A DNA stretch of 23,400 nucleotides from Myxococcota bacterium (GTDB lineage Bacteria > Myxococcota_A > UBA796 > CAJQPC01), in the NCBI GenBank assembly GCA_036012755.1, contig DASCPX010000011.1, forward strand, positions 1 to 23,400, in the 5' to 3' direction. Below the pieces are notes generated by a model. It had not been told where the DNA came from and made no database searches. It saw nothing but the letters and a program-made list of their open reading frames with translations. Made by a program: the position numbers and the translations under genes. Below, in pieces: positions 23,249 through 23,400 of the stretch. The first letter of the stretch is position 1. Each line of letters starts with the position of its first letter.

Positions 23249-23400
23249 TCAGGGGCCCACGACCACCACCCTGTCGGGCCAGGACCAGACCATCACGTCC
23301 CCGACCTGCTTCACCGTTGCCGGGGCCTCCGGTGCGTGGATCAGCCGCAGGTGGCAGCACCGACACAGGGTGATCTGCCGCTCCGGGGCGTCATCGCCCC
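23249..23400 (-). CDS. 3' end of an HNH-endonuclease-like protein, truncated by the window edge
   Basis: Not in the ORF track. Reads GDDAPERQITLCRCCHLRLIHAPEAPATVKQVGDVMVWSWPDRVVVVGP*, like the G-x-D-x3-NL-x-TLC-x2-CH-x4-H HNH tail; mostly G/C-ending codons. Confidence 0.65.
   Translation of the reverse strand, partial: GDDAPERQITLCRCCHLRLIHAPEAPATVKQVGDVMVWSWPDRVVVVGP

Noticed and set aside
1..23400. CRISPR array, tRNA, rRNA, riboswitch or long DNA tandem repeats
   Set aside because: Intergenic gaps are all under about 80 bp and no regularly spaced repeats were seen; frequent CTCGAG, GAGCTC and GTCGAC words reflect Leu/Glu/Val/Asp codon bias.
1..23400. Whole window as a genomic island or defence locus bounded by the transposase and HNH genes
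   Set aside because: Composition looks uniform by eye, content includes core metabolic genes (pfkA, larBC, S41 protease), and no integrase, att site or recognisable defence gene is present.

Overview
High-GC, very densely packed bacterial window. Gene content (paired DUF4139 proteins, an S41 protease with an extended C-terminus, Cys-rich lipoproteins, a vWA lipoprotein) suggests a Myxococcota-like organism; this is an inference. About 20 genes. From left: the 3' end of a probable ISKra4-type transposase; a small ORF lacking a start codon; an arylsulfate-sulfotransferase-like lipoprotein; two DUF4139/DUF4140 genes; two divergent choice-of-anchor-X-like membrane proteins, one coupled to a GT-C-like glycosyltransferase; an S41 protease; a coupled larB-larC-(REC-PAS-HisKA)-pfkA run followed by a [2Fe-2S] ferredoxin; a seven-gene minus-strand cell-envelope run; a PAPS-type sulfotransferase; and the 3' end of an HNH-like gene. 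No rRNA, tRNA or CRISPR array was seen. Most striking patterns: (1) repeated ultra-short export/lipoprotein signal peptides (Met, 5-9 mostly hydrophobic residues, Cys), several with starts fixed by in-frame upstream stops; (2) repeated TANNNT-N6/7-start leaderless promoter geometry; (3) several single-base lesions that are either pseudogenisation or assembly errors. All family calls come from motif recognition by eye, with no database searches.
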